Positions 17,334 to 25,891 of a stretch of 64,000 nt of DNA are shown in pieces. Below the pieces are notes generated by a model. The model saw nothing but the letters and a program-made list of their open reading frames with translations, ran no database searches and was not told where the DNA came from. A program made the translations under genes and the position numbers. Each line of letters starts with the position of its first letter. Position 1 is the stretch's first letter. The DNA is from Oscillospiraceae bacterium (GTDB lineage: Bacteria > Bacillota > Clostridia > Oscillospirales > CAG-272): assembly GCA_015064295.1 (NCBI GenBank), contig SVSM01000001.1:17668-81667 (forward strand), in the 5' to 3' direction.

Positions 17334-19580
17334 TTAGTTTGCCGTACCGTCGAGATAACGGACGGTAATGGTGATCACGGAGGCCTCGGTGGCGAGGGTT
17401 CCGGGCGTGATGGACTGGGAGACCACGTAGGCCTCGGTGGACTGGGAGTTGGTGGCGCCGTTGATGATGACGTTAAAGCCGGCGTTGCTGAGGATACGGT
17501 TGGCGGCGGAGGCGGTTCTGCCCACCACGTCGGGCACCTTAATGTTAGCCATGGGGGTAGCGTCGCCGCAGTAGAGGATGATCTTGCCGCCGTTCTTCAG
17601 GATCGACTGACCCTTGGCGGGAATTTGATAGGTAATGACGTCGCCGGTTCCGCGGACCTCGTAGTCCATATAACGGTAGACGTAGACGGCATCGGCGGTG
17701 CCCCAGCCTACGGTATTGTACTTAATGGTGGTCTGGACCTTGGCAAGCTCCTCCTCGGTATAGTTGCGCTCAATGCCGATATAGGGAAGCACCTCGTCCA
17801 TCAGGTCGGCGATGTAAGGAGCCGCCACCACGGAGCCGTACTTGTTTTCGCACATGGGGGTATCCACCACGATGAGAGCGGCGATCTGGGGATCGTCGGC
17901 AGGAGCGAAGGCGGTGCAGGAGCCCACGCGGTAGGAGAACTTACCGTTCTCGTCGGCCTGGTCACGGACCTCGGAGGTTCCGGTCTTGGCGGCGATCTTG
18001 TAGCCGGGAACGTAGGCGTTCTTGGCGCCGCCGTCTCCCGACACACCCCGTTCCAGAACGCCGGCGATGGTCTGGCAGACGTTGGTGCTGACCACCTGGC
18101 GCTTGGGGTCGGATTCGTGCTGCATCAGGATGTTGCCGTCGTCGTCGATGATGCGGTCGACGACGTAGGGCGTCATCAGGTAGCCGCCGTTGGCGACGGC
18201 CGCCACGGCGCAGATCTGCTGAAGGGGGGTGACCTTAAAGGTCTGGCCGAAGGAATAAACGGCAAGAGACACCTGATTGAAGCTCTCGTAGGGACTAAAG
18301 ATAGAGCGTGCCTCGCCGGGGAGGTCGATGCCGGTGCGCTCGGTGTAGCCGAAGGCCTGGAAGTAACGGTAGAAGGTTGCCTCACCGAGACGGAGACCGA
18401 GCGTCATCAGAACGGGGTTACAGGACTGCTGAAGCCCTCTTTCAAAGGTAACGGTGCCGTGACCGCGGCGCTTGTGGCAATGGATGGGCTGACCGTAGCC
18501 CTCAACGCGGAGGGAGCCGGAACAGTGGAACTGCTCGTTCAGGGTAACGAGTCCTTCCTCCAGCGCCATGGCAGTGGTCATGATCTTGAAGGTAGAGCCG
18601 GGCTCGTAGAGGTCGGTTACGGCCTTGTTACGCCAAAGGGTATAGAGAAGCTCGGTCTGCTTTTGGCGGTATTCGGTGGAGGAGGGATCGAGGCCGCTGT
18701 TGGCCAGAGCCTCAAGGGAGGCCTCGTCAAGGGTAAAGGGAGAATTCAGATCAAAGTTCGGATAGGTGCCCATGGCCAAAATGGCGCCGGTGTTGCAGTC
18801 CATGACGATACCGGTCACGCGGTTGAGGGGATCGGAGTCGAGATAGGTCTGCTTTAATTGCTTATCCAGTGCAGTCTGAATGGTAGGATTCAGGGTAGTG
18901 ACCAGGTTGGCGCCGTTACTGGCGTCGATGTAGGTATCGTATTTGGAGGGCATTTCGTCGCCCACGCCGTCCTTGGAGGTGATGTATTTACCCGACTCAC
19001 CGAGAAGGAAGCTGTTGTACTGGTATTCCAGACCGGTCAGTCCCCCGTCGGTGCCCACGACGCCGATGACGTTGGAGGCCAGGGTAGAGTAGGGATAGTA
19101 GCGTGCGGTGGTGGCCTCCAGATGGATCTGCATGGTCAGGCCGTTTTCGAGAATGAAGGCCCGCACGGCGTCGGCCTGCACGTCGGAGGCCTTCTTCATG
19201 ACGGTCTCGTCGGCGCGATGCACCTTCTTGCTCAGCTCCATGACCTTGTCGTAGTCGACGCCCAGGATCTCGGCAAGACCGGTAGCGATCAGCTTGGCCT
19301 GGTCCTCGCTTTCGATGTCGCGGGGGGAGATGAAGACGCGGTAGACGGTATAGTTGGACGCCAGCTTGTTCATGTCGGTGTCGTAGATCTCACCGCGCTC
19401 GGCCTTCAGTGTCGTGGTTCGCTGGACGTTGCCGATGACCTTATTCTGATAATATTCGTAATCGATGATCTGGAGCTGGAAGAGGCGCAGGATCAGGACG
19501 CACCAGAAGACCATACAGGCCGCCAGGATGCCCATACTGCGCCCGGGGATCCGGCGATTGGTTTCGATTTGACGGTTCAT
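17334..19580 (-). CDS. ftsI: Class B penicillin-binding protein (FtsI/SpoVD type) with a C-terminal PASTA-like region
   Basis: 748 aa with an N-terminal TM. Transpeptidase motifs STFK (GSTFKIMT), SxN (QSCNP) and KTGT (AAKTGTSE). The C-terminal VPDVVGRTASAANRILSNAGFNV segment is PASTA-like. Confidence 0.92.
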   Translation of the reverse strand: MNRQIETNRRIPGRSMGILAACMVFWCVLILRLFQLQIIDYEYYQNKVIGNVQRTTTLKAERGEIYDTDMNKLASNYTVYRVFISPRDIESEDQAKLIATGLAEILGVDYDKVMELSKKVHRADETVMKKASDVQADAVRAFILENGLTMQIHLEATTARYYPYSTLASNVIGVVGTDGGLTGLEYQYNSFLLGESGKYITSKDGVGDEMPSKYDTYIDASNGANLVTTLNPTIQTALDKQLKQTYLDSDPLNRVTGIVMDCNTGAILAMGTYPNFDLNSPFTLDEASLEALANSGLDPSSTEYRQKQTELLYTLWRNKAVTDLYEPGSTFKIMTTAMALEEGLVTLNEQFHCSGSLRVEGYGQPIHCHKRRGHGTVTFERGLQQSCNPVLMTLGLRLGEATFYRYFQAFGYTERTGIDLPGEARSIFSPYESFNQVSLAVYSFGQTFKVTPLQQICAVAAVANGGYLMTPYVVDRIIDDDGNILMQHESDPKRQVVSTNVCQTIAGVLERGVSGDGGAKNAYVPGYKIAAKTGTSEVRDQADENGKFSYRVGSCTAFAPADDPQIAALIVVDTPMCENKYGSVVAAPYIADLMDEVLPYIGIERNYTEEELAKVQTTIKYNTVGWGTADAVYVYRYMDYEVRGTGDVITYQIPAKGQSILKNGGKIILYCGDATPMANIKVPDVVGRTASAANRILSNAGFNVIINGATNSQSTEAYVVSQSITPGTLATEASVITITVRYLDGTAN

Positions 19581-19610
19581 GGGTAGACCTCCAAAAGGGT
19601 ACTCTATATC

Positions 19611-19639
19611 ATTATACTACTTATACGCGGGATTTACAA
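19611..19639 (-). promoter_or_regulatory. Internal sigma-A-type promoter in front of the PBP gene
   Basis: Reverse strand reads TTGTAA, a 17-nt spacer, then TATAAT (-35 at 19639-19634, -10 at 19616-19611). Confidence 0.6.
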
Positions 19640-19649
19640 GAGAAAGAAC

Positions 19650-19698
19650 GAAAAAAACGAGAGCCGCGGCGGATATTTTTGCGCCGTCCGGCTCTCGT
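19650..19698 (-). terminator. Hairpin terminator between ftsL and the PBP gene
   Basis: Outer stem ACGAGAGCCG / CGGCTCTCGT. The reverse strand continues TTTTTTTCGTTC. Confidence 0.65.
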
Positions 19699-19713
19699 GA
19701 TAGGGCTAAATTG

Positions 19714-20328
19714 TCAGTTTGCGCTTCCCAGATCCAACGGCTTGATGACGTCACCGGGGTCCATGGTGATATATTTCTTGGTGATCTCGTCGATCTTGAC
19801 CATACCGAGCTCCTCGCGAGCCACCTTTTCGATGTAGACCAGATCGTTTTTCAGATCCAGCTTGGCGTCCAGGTCGTTCTTTTGGGTGGAGAGGGTAGTG
19901 ATCTCGTTCTTCAGGTCGGAAACCGTGGAGGTGTGCTCGTTGATCTGCACGTAGTTGAAGATCATGTAGAAGAAAAGGACCGAGCAGATCAGCGACAGGA
20001 AGATGATGGAGTAGGGGAAGGGCACCTTGTTGGGATCGTTGATGGTGCGGACCTTGGGCTCCACATGGATGGCAGCCACCGGAGCCGACTGTCTGTTGGC
20101 GGGGACGGTTCCGAGGGATACGTTGGGGTTCAAGACACGGCCGTTTGGGTTGGACATATCAGGGGTACGGGTGACGGAACGACGCTTGTGCTCGCCCGAC
20201 TTGATACGGGTGTAGCCGTCAGGGCGACGTCCTTGAGGGCCGCGGCCGGCGATCTTACCGGTAGCGGCGGTTTTTCGGTTGGCGGAGTTGGATGCCGGGA
20301 CGGTCTTTTTGGTGGCGTCGGTAATCAT
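19714..20328 (-). CDS. ftsL: FtsL/septum-formation-initiator-like bitopic protein with a long N-terminal tail
   Basis: 204 aa with a single TM (FPYSIIFLSLICSVLFFYMIF) followed by a coiled-coil-like segment (LKNEITTLSTQKNDLDAKLDLKNDL). Position between rsmH and the PBP supports the call. Confidence 0.75.
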   Translation of the reverse strand: MITDATKKTVPASNSANRKTAATGKIAGRGPQGRRPDGYTRIKSGEHKRRSVTRTPDMSNPNGRVLNPNVSLGTVPANRQSAPVAAIHVEPKVRTINDPNKVPFPYSIIFLSLICSVLFFYMIFNYVQINEHTSTVSDLKNEITTLSTQKNDLDAKLDLKNDLVYIEKVAREELGMVKIDEITKKYITMDPGDVIKPLDLGSAN

Positions 20329-20387
20329 CGCTCAACTTCCTTTCGGTTACACTTCGGTTTGTCGGTTACGTTTTGATAACGGAGGGC

Positions 20388-21314
20388 TTACAGCTTTTCG
20401 GCGATCCGCAGCTTGGCGCTGTGGCTTCGCTTGTTTTCGGCTAATTCCTCGGGGGAGGGGAGGATGGGCTTGCGGGTAACGGCCGCAAGGATCGGCTTTT
20501 TGCCGCAAACGCAGACGGGAAAGCTTGGCGGGCAGGTACAGCCGCGTGTCAGCTCCGAAACGGTCTGCTTGACCAGACGATCCTCCAGGGAATGGAAGGT
20601 AATAATAGCCATGCGTCCCTGAGGGGCCAATACGTCGGCGATGTCTCTCACCACTGGCGGAATGATGTCCAGCTCGCCGTTGACCTCAATGCGGATGGCC
20701 TGGAAGGTACGCTTGGCAGGGGAGCCGCCCTTCTCACGGAACTTGGGAGGGATGGCGGCGGTGATGAGGTCAGCCAGCTCAAGGGTTGTCCGAATGGGAG
20801 CAACGCTTCTGGCCCGTACGATCTCGGAGGCGATGCGGCGGGAGAACTTCTCCTCGCCGTACCGGAAGATCAGGTCGGCCAGGGCCTCCTCCGAGTAGGT
20901 ATTTACCACGTCGGCGGCCGAGAGGGGATCGTCGGGATTCATGCGCATATCGAGAGGGGCGTCCTTGGTATAGGAGAAGCCGCGCTCGGCAGTATCGATT
21001 TGGTGAGAGGAAATGCCCAGGTCAATGAGCACGCCGTCGGCCCTGCGGCCGTCAAGGACGGTTTTCAGTGCCGAAAAATTGCTTCGCACGATCTCCACAC
21101 GGTCGGAGAAGGGAGCCAGACGCTCGGTCGCGGCTCGGATGGCGGCAGGATCCCGGTCGATAGCGATCAGCTTGCCACCCTCGGTCAGCCTTTCGGCGAT
21201 GGCATAGCTGTGGCCGCCGCCGCCTGCGGTGCAGTCGACGTACAGACCGCTCGGTTGGATATTCAGCCCGTCGATACATTCCTTCAGCATGACGGAGTAG
21301 TGTTCAAAGCTCAT
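20388..21314 (-). CDS. rsmH: 16S rRNA (cytosine1402-N4)-methyltransferase RsmH (MraW)
   Basis: 308 aa. Begins HYSVMLKECIDGL; contains DCTAGGGGHS and FHSLEDR motifs. Confidence 0.95.
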   Translation of the reverse strand: MSFEHYSVMLKECIDGLNIQPSGLYVDCTAGGGGHSYAIAERLTEGGKLIAIDRDPAAIRAATERLAPFSDRVEIVRSNFSALKTVLDGRRADGVLIDLGISSHQIDTAERGFSYTKDAPLDMRMNPDDPLSAADVVNTYSEEALADLIFRYGEEKFSRRIASEIVRARSVAPIRTTLELADLITAAIPPKFREKGGSPAKRTFQAIRIEVNGELDIIPPVVRDIADVLAPQGRMAIITFHSLEDRLVKQTVSELTRGCTCPPSFPVCVCGKKPILAAVTRKPILPSPEELAENKRSHSAKLRIAEKL

Positions 21315-21316
21315 GA

Positions 21317-21736
21317 TCAGAAGCCCAGCTTGATCAGAAGGGCGGTGATGTCAGCGGTGTTTTCGGAGGAGTTCTCCTCGTTCCAGCGTGCCTCGTCCCA
21401 GATCTCAATGTGGTCGCCCACACCGATGACCTTCACGGCGCGGTCCAGCTCGGCGTACGCGCAGAGGGTAGGGGAGACGAGAAGGCGTCCCTGGCCGTCC
21501 ACGTTGGTCTCGAAGGCAGCGGAGTAGAGGAACCGCTTGACTTGTCTTGTCTCAATGTCGGGAAGGGAATCCAGCTTGGCGGTAAAGGTCTGCCAACGCT
21601 CGGCAGGGTAGAGGGAGATACAGCGGTCCACGTTCTTGGTCATGACCACGTTCTCGCCCAGCTCGTCGCGGAGTCTGGCGGGCAGACTGATACGCTTTTT
21701 GCTGTCAAGGTTGTGACTGTATTCGCCGCAGAACAT
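21317..21736 (-). CDS. mraZ: Transcriptional regulator MraZ
   Basis: 139 aa. Begins MFCGEYSHNLDSKKRISLPARLRDEL, with a second half-domain DGQGRLLVSPTL. First gene of the dcw cluster. Confidence 0.93.
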   Translation of the reverse strand: MFCGEYSHNLDSKKRISLPARLRDELGENVVMTKNVDRCISLYPAERWQTFTAKLDSLPDIETRQVKRFLYSAAFETNVDGQGRLLVSPTLCAYAELDRAVKVIGVGDHIEIWDEARWNEENSSENTADITALLIKLGF

Positions 21737-21844
21737 ACTGTGCTTCCTCCCTTCCGAAGTGTGTGGCGTTCGCCGCGTGCGTCATGCTGCCACGCGCGAT
21801 TTACCACTGTGGCGGAAAAAGAGGAAAAAACCACCGTTTTTCCT

Positions 21845-21868
21845 CCACTTTCTTCCACTTTGTGCCAC
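21845..21868 (-). promoter_or_regulatory. MraZ-box operator: three GTGG direct repeats at 10-nt phase
   Basis: Reverse strand reads GTGGcacAAAGTGGaagAAAGTGGagg (CCAC at 21845-48, 21855-58, 21865-68 on the plus strand). It lies immediately downstream of the -10 element. Confidence 0.65.
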
Positions 21869-21878
21869 ATGTAACATT

Positions 21879-21907
21879 ATTATACGCCACCGAACGGGAG
21901 TTGTCAA
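21879..21907 (-). promoter_or_regulatory. Consensus sigma-A promoter of the dcw cluster (Pmra)
   Basis: Reverse strand reads TTGACA, a 17-nt spacer, then TATAAT (-35 at 21907-21902, -10 at 21884-21879). Confidence 0.75.
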
Positions 21908-22008
21908 GGCCCATTTGCGATATTTTTTGATAAAATCACCATTTTTTTGACAAAAATTCACTCAAAATTTGTTAATACGAACGGTTGTTCGGGAAATGTC
22001 GTACGGAA

Positions 22009-22033
22009 ACAAAAAAAGACCGCAGGAGGTCTT
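22009..22033 (-). terminator. Second (distal) terminator after the AT-rich membrane-protein gene
   Basis: Stem AAGACC / GGTCTT with a 6-nt loop. The reverse strand continues TTTTTTTGTTTCC. Confidence 0.5.
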
Positions 22034-22070
22034 TGAGACAAAGCGGAAACCCAATTATGCCCACAGTCTC

Positions 22071-22119
22071 CAAAACAAAAAAAGCACCTATGCGTACACA
22101 CAAGGTGTTACATAGGTGC
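22071..22119 (-). terminator. Proximal terminator after the AT-rich membrane-protein gene
   Basis: Stem GCACCTATG / CATAGGTGC around an 18-nt partly paired loop. The reverse strand continues TTTTTTTGTTTTG. Confidence 0.65.
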
Positions 22120-22146
22120 GGTTTGATGTTAGTCGTTTCGTCGGAT

Positions 22147-22755
22147 TTAATAACTTTCCTTATCGTGCGTTGGCGAGCTGTCGCTGGTGCGCTTCACAAG
22201 CCATTTTTGGATGAGGATCTTGATGAAAGCGAAAAGGACAAGCAATGCGACAGAGCCAACCAATAGAACTATGTCTTGCTTGGAGGAATCTCCGCCGCCC
22301 CCCAAAATTCCAAATTCAGCAAAGGAAAAACTCCAAATCAGTAAACCTTGATACGATGCATGGAAAGCCAAAGCCAAGATCAGATTGATTATGAATAACT
22401 TGGTTTTAAATGAATGCTTTTGCGATGCCTCACGGATGCTTTTTCGCTCCAACAAATACATGAGAATTAATGAAAAGATCGGTAGCGGAGGAAAATATAA
22501 GAGAATAAGTTCCGTAATGATGTGAAAGTTTGAAAGAAGCAGGCAAGCAGCCAAAGCGTTCAAAACTTGAGAAACGACTAAGATCAAAAGTTCAAGTGAC
22601 AGAACGCGCTTCGGAGCGTTTGCGAAGGAGAGCTTACCCGTCATACCGAGCTTCCGATAGGAACGTAGATCCACGCACTTTTCCATGAGAATTAGCAAAA
22701 ACAAGGGTAGGCCTAATAACGAAAATCCCAGAAACATACCAAGAATTTGATTCAT
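22147..22755 (-). CDS. Hypothetical polytopic membrane protein (orphan, AT-rich gene)
   Basis: Start moved to ATG 22755 (MNQILGMFLGFSLLGL), 7 nt after AGGAGG and downstream of its own promoter. 202 aa with about 6 hydrophobic segments and no motif I recognise. The gene is visibly AT-richer than its flanks. Confidence 0.6.
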   Translation of the reverse strand: MNQILGMFLGFSLLGLPLFLLILMEKCVDLRSYRKLGMTGKLSFANAPKRVLSLELLILVVSQVLNALAACLLLSNFHIITELILLYFPPLPIFSLILMYLLERKSIREASQKHSFKTKLFIINLILALAFHASYQGLLIWSFSFAEFGILGGGGDSSKQDIVLLVGSVALLVLFAFIKILIQKWLVKRTSDSSPTHDKESY

Positions 22756-22839
22756 ATACATACCTCCTAAAGATGGGATGGTTGTGAAAGAATATGGTAA
22801 AAACTCCTTAATGTTTGTCGCTCCTTTGCCTCTGATACG

Positions 22840-22868
22840 ATTATACCACATTTCGGGTGATCCTGCAA
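22840..22868 (-). promoter_or_regulatory. Promoter of the AT-rich orphan gene
   Basis: Reverse strand reads TTGCAG, a 17-nt spacer, then TATAAT, with TGTGG preceding the -10. Confidence 0.55.
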
Positions 22869-22928
22869 CGAGCTTCTGAGATATTAAGCAAAATTTTACA
22901 TTTCACGGCAAAAAAACTTTTTTCGCGT

Positions 22929-23405
22929 TTACAGCCCCATCGTCCCCTTCAAAATCTCAATCGCACCCTCCGGCACGATCTCCTCAAGCTTCTCGCCGTA
23001 CTTCAGCATATTCCGCACGTAGGAGGAGCTGATGTGAAAATATGCGGGTTTGGAGGGGATGAAAACGGTGTCGGGATGATTGCGAAGCCCGCGGTTGATG
23101 GTGGAGAGCATCATTTCGTAGGGCACGTCGGAGGCGTCGCGGACACCGCGGACGATGACGCCGATGTCGTGCTCCTCGGTATAGGCGGCCAAAAGCCCGT
23201 CGCAGACGTCCACCGTCACGTTGGCAAGCCCCTCACAGGCGGCCTCCAGCATAGCGCGGCGGGTGTCAAGATCGAAAAGGCAGGCCTTTTCGGTGTTGTT
23301 AAAGACCACGGCGTATACCTCGTCAAACATGGCAGCCGCCCGGCGGATCACGTCGAGATGCCCCACCGTTACGGGATCAAAGGTTCCGGAAATCAAGGCT
23401 TTCAT
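22929..23405 (-). CDS. coaD: Phosphopantetheine adenylyltransferase CoaD
   Basis: 158 aa. Begins MKALISGTFDPVTVGHLDVIRRA (T/HxGH nucleotidyltransferase motif). Confidence 0.93.
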   Translation of the reverse strand: MKALISGTFDPVTVGHLDVIRRAAAMFDEVYAVVFNNTEKACLFDLDTRRAMLEAACEGLANVTVDVCDGLLAAYTEEHDIGVIVRGVRDASDVPYEMMLSTINRGLRNHPDTVFIPSKPAYFHISSSYVRNMLKYGEKLEEIVPEGAIEILKGTMGL

Positions 23406-23409
23406 GGTA

Positions 23410-23955
23410 TCACTCCTTTTCGAGAATGGTCACGTAGGCACGGCCGTACTTGCTGTGGCGGAAGACGGACAGCCCCTCGCAGGTCACAGGCTCGGGATTC
23501 TCTCCCTCGCAGACGATGTAGCCTCCGTCGGCAAGGAGCCCGCCGTTCACGATACGCTTGACGGCATCGGCGAGATAATCGCTTTGGTACGGAGGGTCCA
23601 GAAAGATGAGATGGAAGTCCTCCCGCCCCGACAGACTGCGGATCACCGATTTGTAATCGTTGGTCACAAGACGCATCTTCTCAAAGAGCTTGGTCTTGCG
23701 GGCGTTCCGCTTGATGATCTCACAGGCCTCGGGGCTTGCGTCGGCCACGTAAGCCGAATCGGCACCGCGGCTCAGGGCCTCCAGAGCCATCTGACCCGAG
23801 CCGCCGAAGAGATCGAGCACCCGGCGGCCCTCAATGTCAAATTGAAGAACATTGAAGATCGCCTGCTTGGTGCGCTCGGCGGTGGGACGGGTGGCGTCCC
23901 CTTCTAAGGTATCAAGCCGCGCCCCCTTGGCGCTGCCCGTGATAATACGCATCAT
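23410..23955 (-). CDS. rsmD: 16S rRNA (guanine966-N2)-methyltransferase RsmD
   Basis: 181 aa. RIITGSAKGARL, RPTAERTKQAIFN, DLFGGSGQMALEALSRGA and DPPY motifs. Confidence 0.9.
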   Translation of the reverse strand: MMRIITGSAKGARLDTLEGDATRPTAERTKQAIFNVLQFDIEGRRVLDLFGGSGQMALEALSRGADSAYVADASPEACEIIKRNARKTKLFEKMRLVTNDYKSVIRSLSGREDFHLIFLDPPYQSDYLADAVKRIVNGGLLADGGYIVCEGENPEPVTCEGLSVFRHSKYGRAYVTILEKE

Positions 23956-25814
23956 AATGATTCCGTCCTTTCCGATTCGTTTTCGGCGGTTTTGGCCGAA
24001 AAGTGCGAGATCAACTGCTTGGCGTTCTGCTCCGAGATGCCCTTGACCGAAATCAATTCCTCGTAGCTTGCCTCGGCTACCCCACGAAGCCCCTTGAAGC
24101 GGGCGAGGAGGGCCTTGGCCTTGGCGGGACCGATGCCGGGAACCTCGGTGAGAGAGGAGGTGCGGAGGGATTTCCGCTTGGCCCCCGTCATGCGGGAGAC
24201 GGTATAGCGGTGGACCTCCTCCTGTAATTTGTAGATCAGGAGAAAGACCGCTTGCTCCTTGGCAATGCTGATCTCCTCCTCCTCCTCGCCTGTGAGGGCG
24301 CGGGTCTTGTGGAACTCGTCCTTGACCATGCCGAAGACGGGGATGCAGATCCCCATTTCGTCCAGAAGCTGACGGACCACCGAAACGTGTCCCTTACCGC
24401 CGTCCAAAAGGAAAAGATCGGGATATTCGTCCTCGGGGTGACCGAGACGCCGTTCCACGGCCTCCCGCATGGAGGCGTAGTCGTCGGGGCCGTTTGTGCT
24501 TTGGATCTTGTAGGTTCGATAGGCGCTTTTGACGAATTTTCCGTTTTCCAGCCGCACCTTACCGGCGGTGATGTGCTCGCTTCCGTAGTTGGAAATATCA
24601 AAGGCCTCGATCTTCTCGGGCACCACCTCAAGGCGAAGCAGCTGGGCCAAGCGGATGAGGGTATCGTTTTCCTTTTCGGCCGTGTCGTTGTACTGCTTTG
24701 CGTATTCCTTGGCGTTTTCCCGCACCATGGCGCAGAGCTTCTTCAGATCGCCCTTTTCGGGGGCGCGGACGGTGACCTTGTAGCCCGCCTTTTCGCGGAG
24801 CATAGCCGATAGCGCCGCCAGATTCTCCTCCTCCAAGGGAAAGTCCAGTAGGATCTCCTTGGGAATATATTCCCTCACGCGGTAGAGCTCGTATAAGAAG
24901 GACGCCACGGCATCTCCGTCCACGATCTTGTCAGCACCGAAGACAAAGCTCTCCTTGTCGGTGACGGCGCCGCCTCGGATATAGAAGATGGCAAGGCAGG
25001 AGCAGGTTTGGTCGGTATGCAGGGCGATGACGTCCTGCTCCACGTAAGGAGCGGCCACCACCTTTTGCTTATCCCACAGCTTGGAAAGGGAGCGGATACG
25101 GTCGCGGCAGAGGGCGGCCGTCTCGAACATGAGGTTTTCGGCGGCAAACTCCATCTGCTTGGTCAAGGAATCCTTCACCTCGGAGAAGGCGCCGCCCAGG
25201 AAGGGCAGAATATCGTGAAACAGCGCCCGGTATTCCTCTTTCGAGAGCCTTCCGGTGCAAAGCCCGCAGCAGAGGCCGATCTGATGGTTGAGACAAGGCC
25301 GTGTTCTTCCGATGTCACGGGGGAACTGCTTTTTGCAGTCGGGGATCCCGAAGACCTTCCGTGCCGTATTGATGATGGTGTAGGCAATGCCGGTACCGGA
25401 GTAGGGACCAAAATACCTGGCTCCGTCTGCCAACCGCTTGCGCGTGACCAGGATGCGGGGATAGTCCTCGTTCATGGTCACCTTGACGTAAGGATAGCTT
25501 TTGCCGTCCTTCAGCTTGATGTTGAACTTGGGGGTGTGAAGCTTGATGAGGCGGTTCTCAAGGGCCAGGGCCTCCATTTCGGTGGAGGTGAGCATGACCT
25601 CAAAATCGTGGATAAGACTGACCAGCTTAGCCGTCTTGACGGTGTGATGATCAAGATCGGTAAAGTAGGACAGCACCCGATGGCGGAGGGCCTTGGACTT
25701 GCCCACGTAGAGGATCTTGCCGGCCTTGTCCTTCATCAGGTAGACCCCGGGAGAGAGGGGCAGCCGACCTGCCTTATCCCGCAGGCCGAGGATGGTTTCG
25801 GTTTCGGTGATCAT
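23952..25814 (-). CDS. uvrC: Excinuclease ABC subunit UvrC
   Basis: 620 aa. GIY-YIG N-terminus (PGVYLMKDKAGKILYVGKSKALRHRV) and C-terminal HhH region (VPGIGPAKAKALLARF). Confidence 0.95.
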   Translation of the reverse strand: MITETETILGLRDKAGRLPLSPGVYLMKDKAGKILYVGKSKALRHRVLSYFTDLDHHTVKTAKLVSLIHDFEVMLTSTEMEALALENRLIKLHTPKFNIKLKDGKSYPYVKVTMNEDYPRILVTRKRLADGARYFGPYSGTGIAYTIINTARKVFGIPDCKKQFPRDIGRTRPCLNHQIGLCCGLCTGRLSKEEYRALFHDILPFLGGAFSEVKDSLTKQMEFAAENLMFETAALCRDRIRSLSKLWDKQKVVAAPYVEQDVIALHTDQTCSCLAIFYIRGGAVTDKESFVFGADKIVDGDAVASFLYELYRVREYIPKEILLDFPLEEENLAALSAMLREKAGYKVTVRAPEKGDLKKLCAMVRENAKEYAKQYNDTAEKENDTLIRLAQLLRLEVVPEKIEAFDISNYGSEHITAGKVRLENGKFVKSAYRTYKIQSTNGPDDYASMREAVERRLGHPEDEYPDLFLLDGGKGHVSVVRQLLDEMGICIPVFGMVKDEFHKTRALTGEEEEEISIAKEQAVFLLIYKLQEEVHRYTVSRMTGAKRKSLRTSSLTEVPGIGPAKAKALLARFKGLRGVAEASYEELISVKGISEQNAKQLISHFSAKTAENESERTESL

Positions 25815-25840
25815 AAGAAGCCCCTCCTTTCAAGGTACGA

Positions 25841-25873
25841 AAAGAACAAAAGGGCAGACACGCCTGTCTGCCC
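25841..25873 (-). terminator. Terminator after ptsH
   Basis: Stem GGGCAGACA / TGTCTGCCC. The reverse strand continues TTTTGTTCTTTT. Confidence 0.7.
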
Positions 25874-25891
25874 GATGCATTTGAATTACGA

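Noticed and set aside
21985-22266. 93-aa plus-strand ORF in the AT-rich region upstream of mraZ.
   Set aside because: It spans both minus-strand terminator hairpins and the 3' end of the orphan membrane gene, and has no RBS. It is likely spurious.
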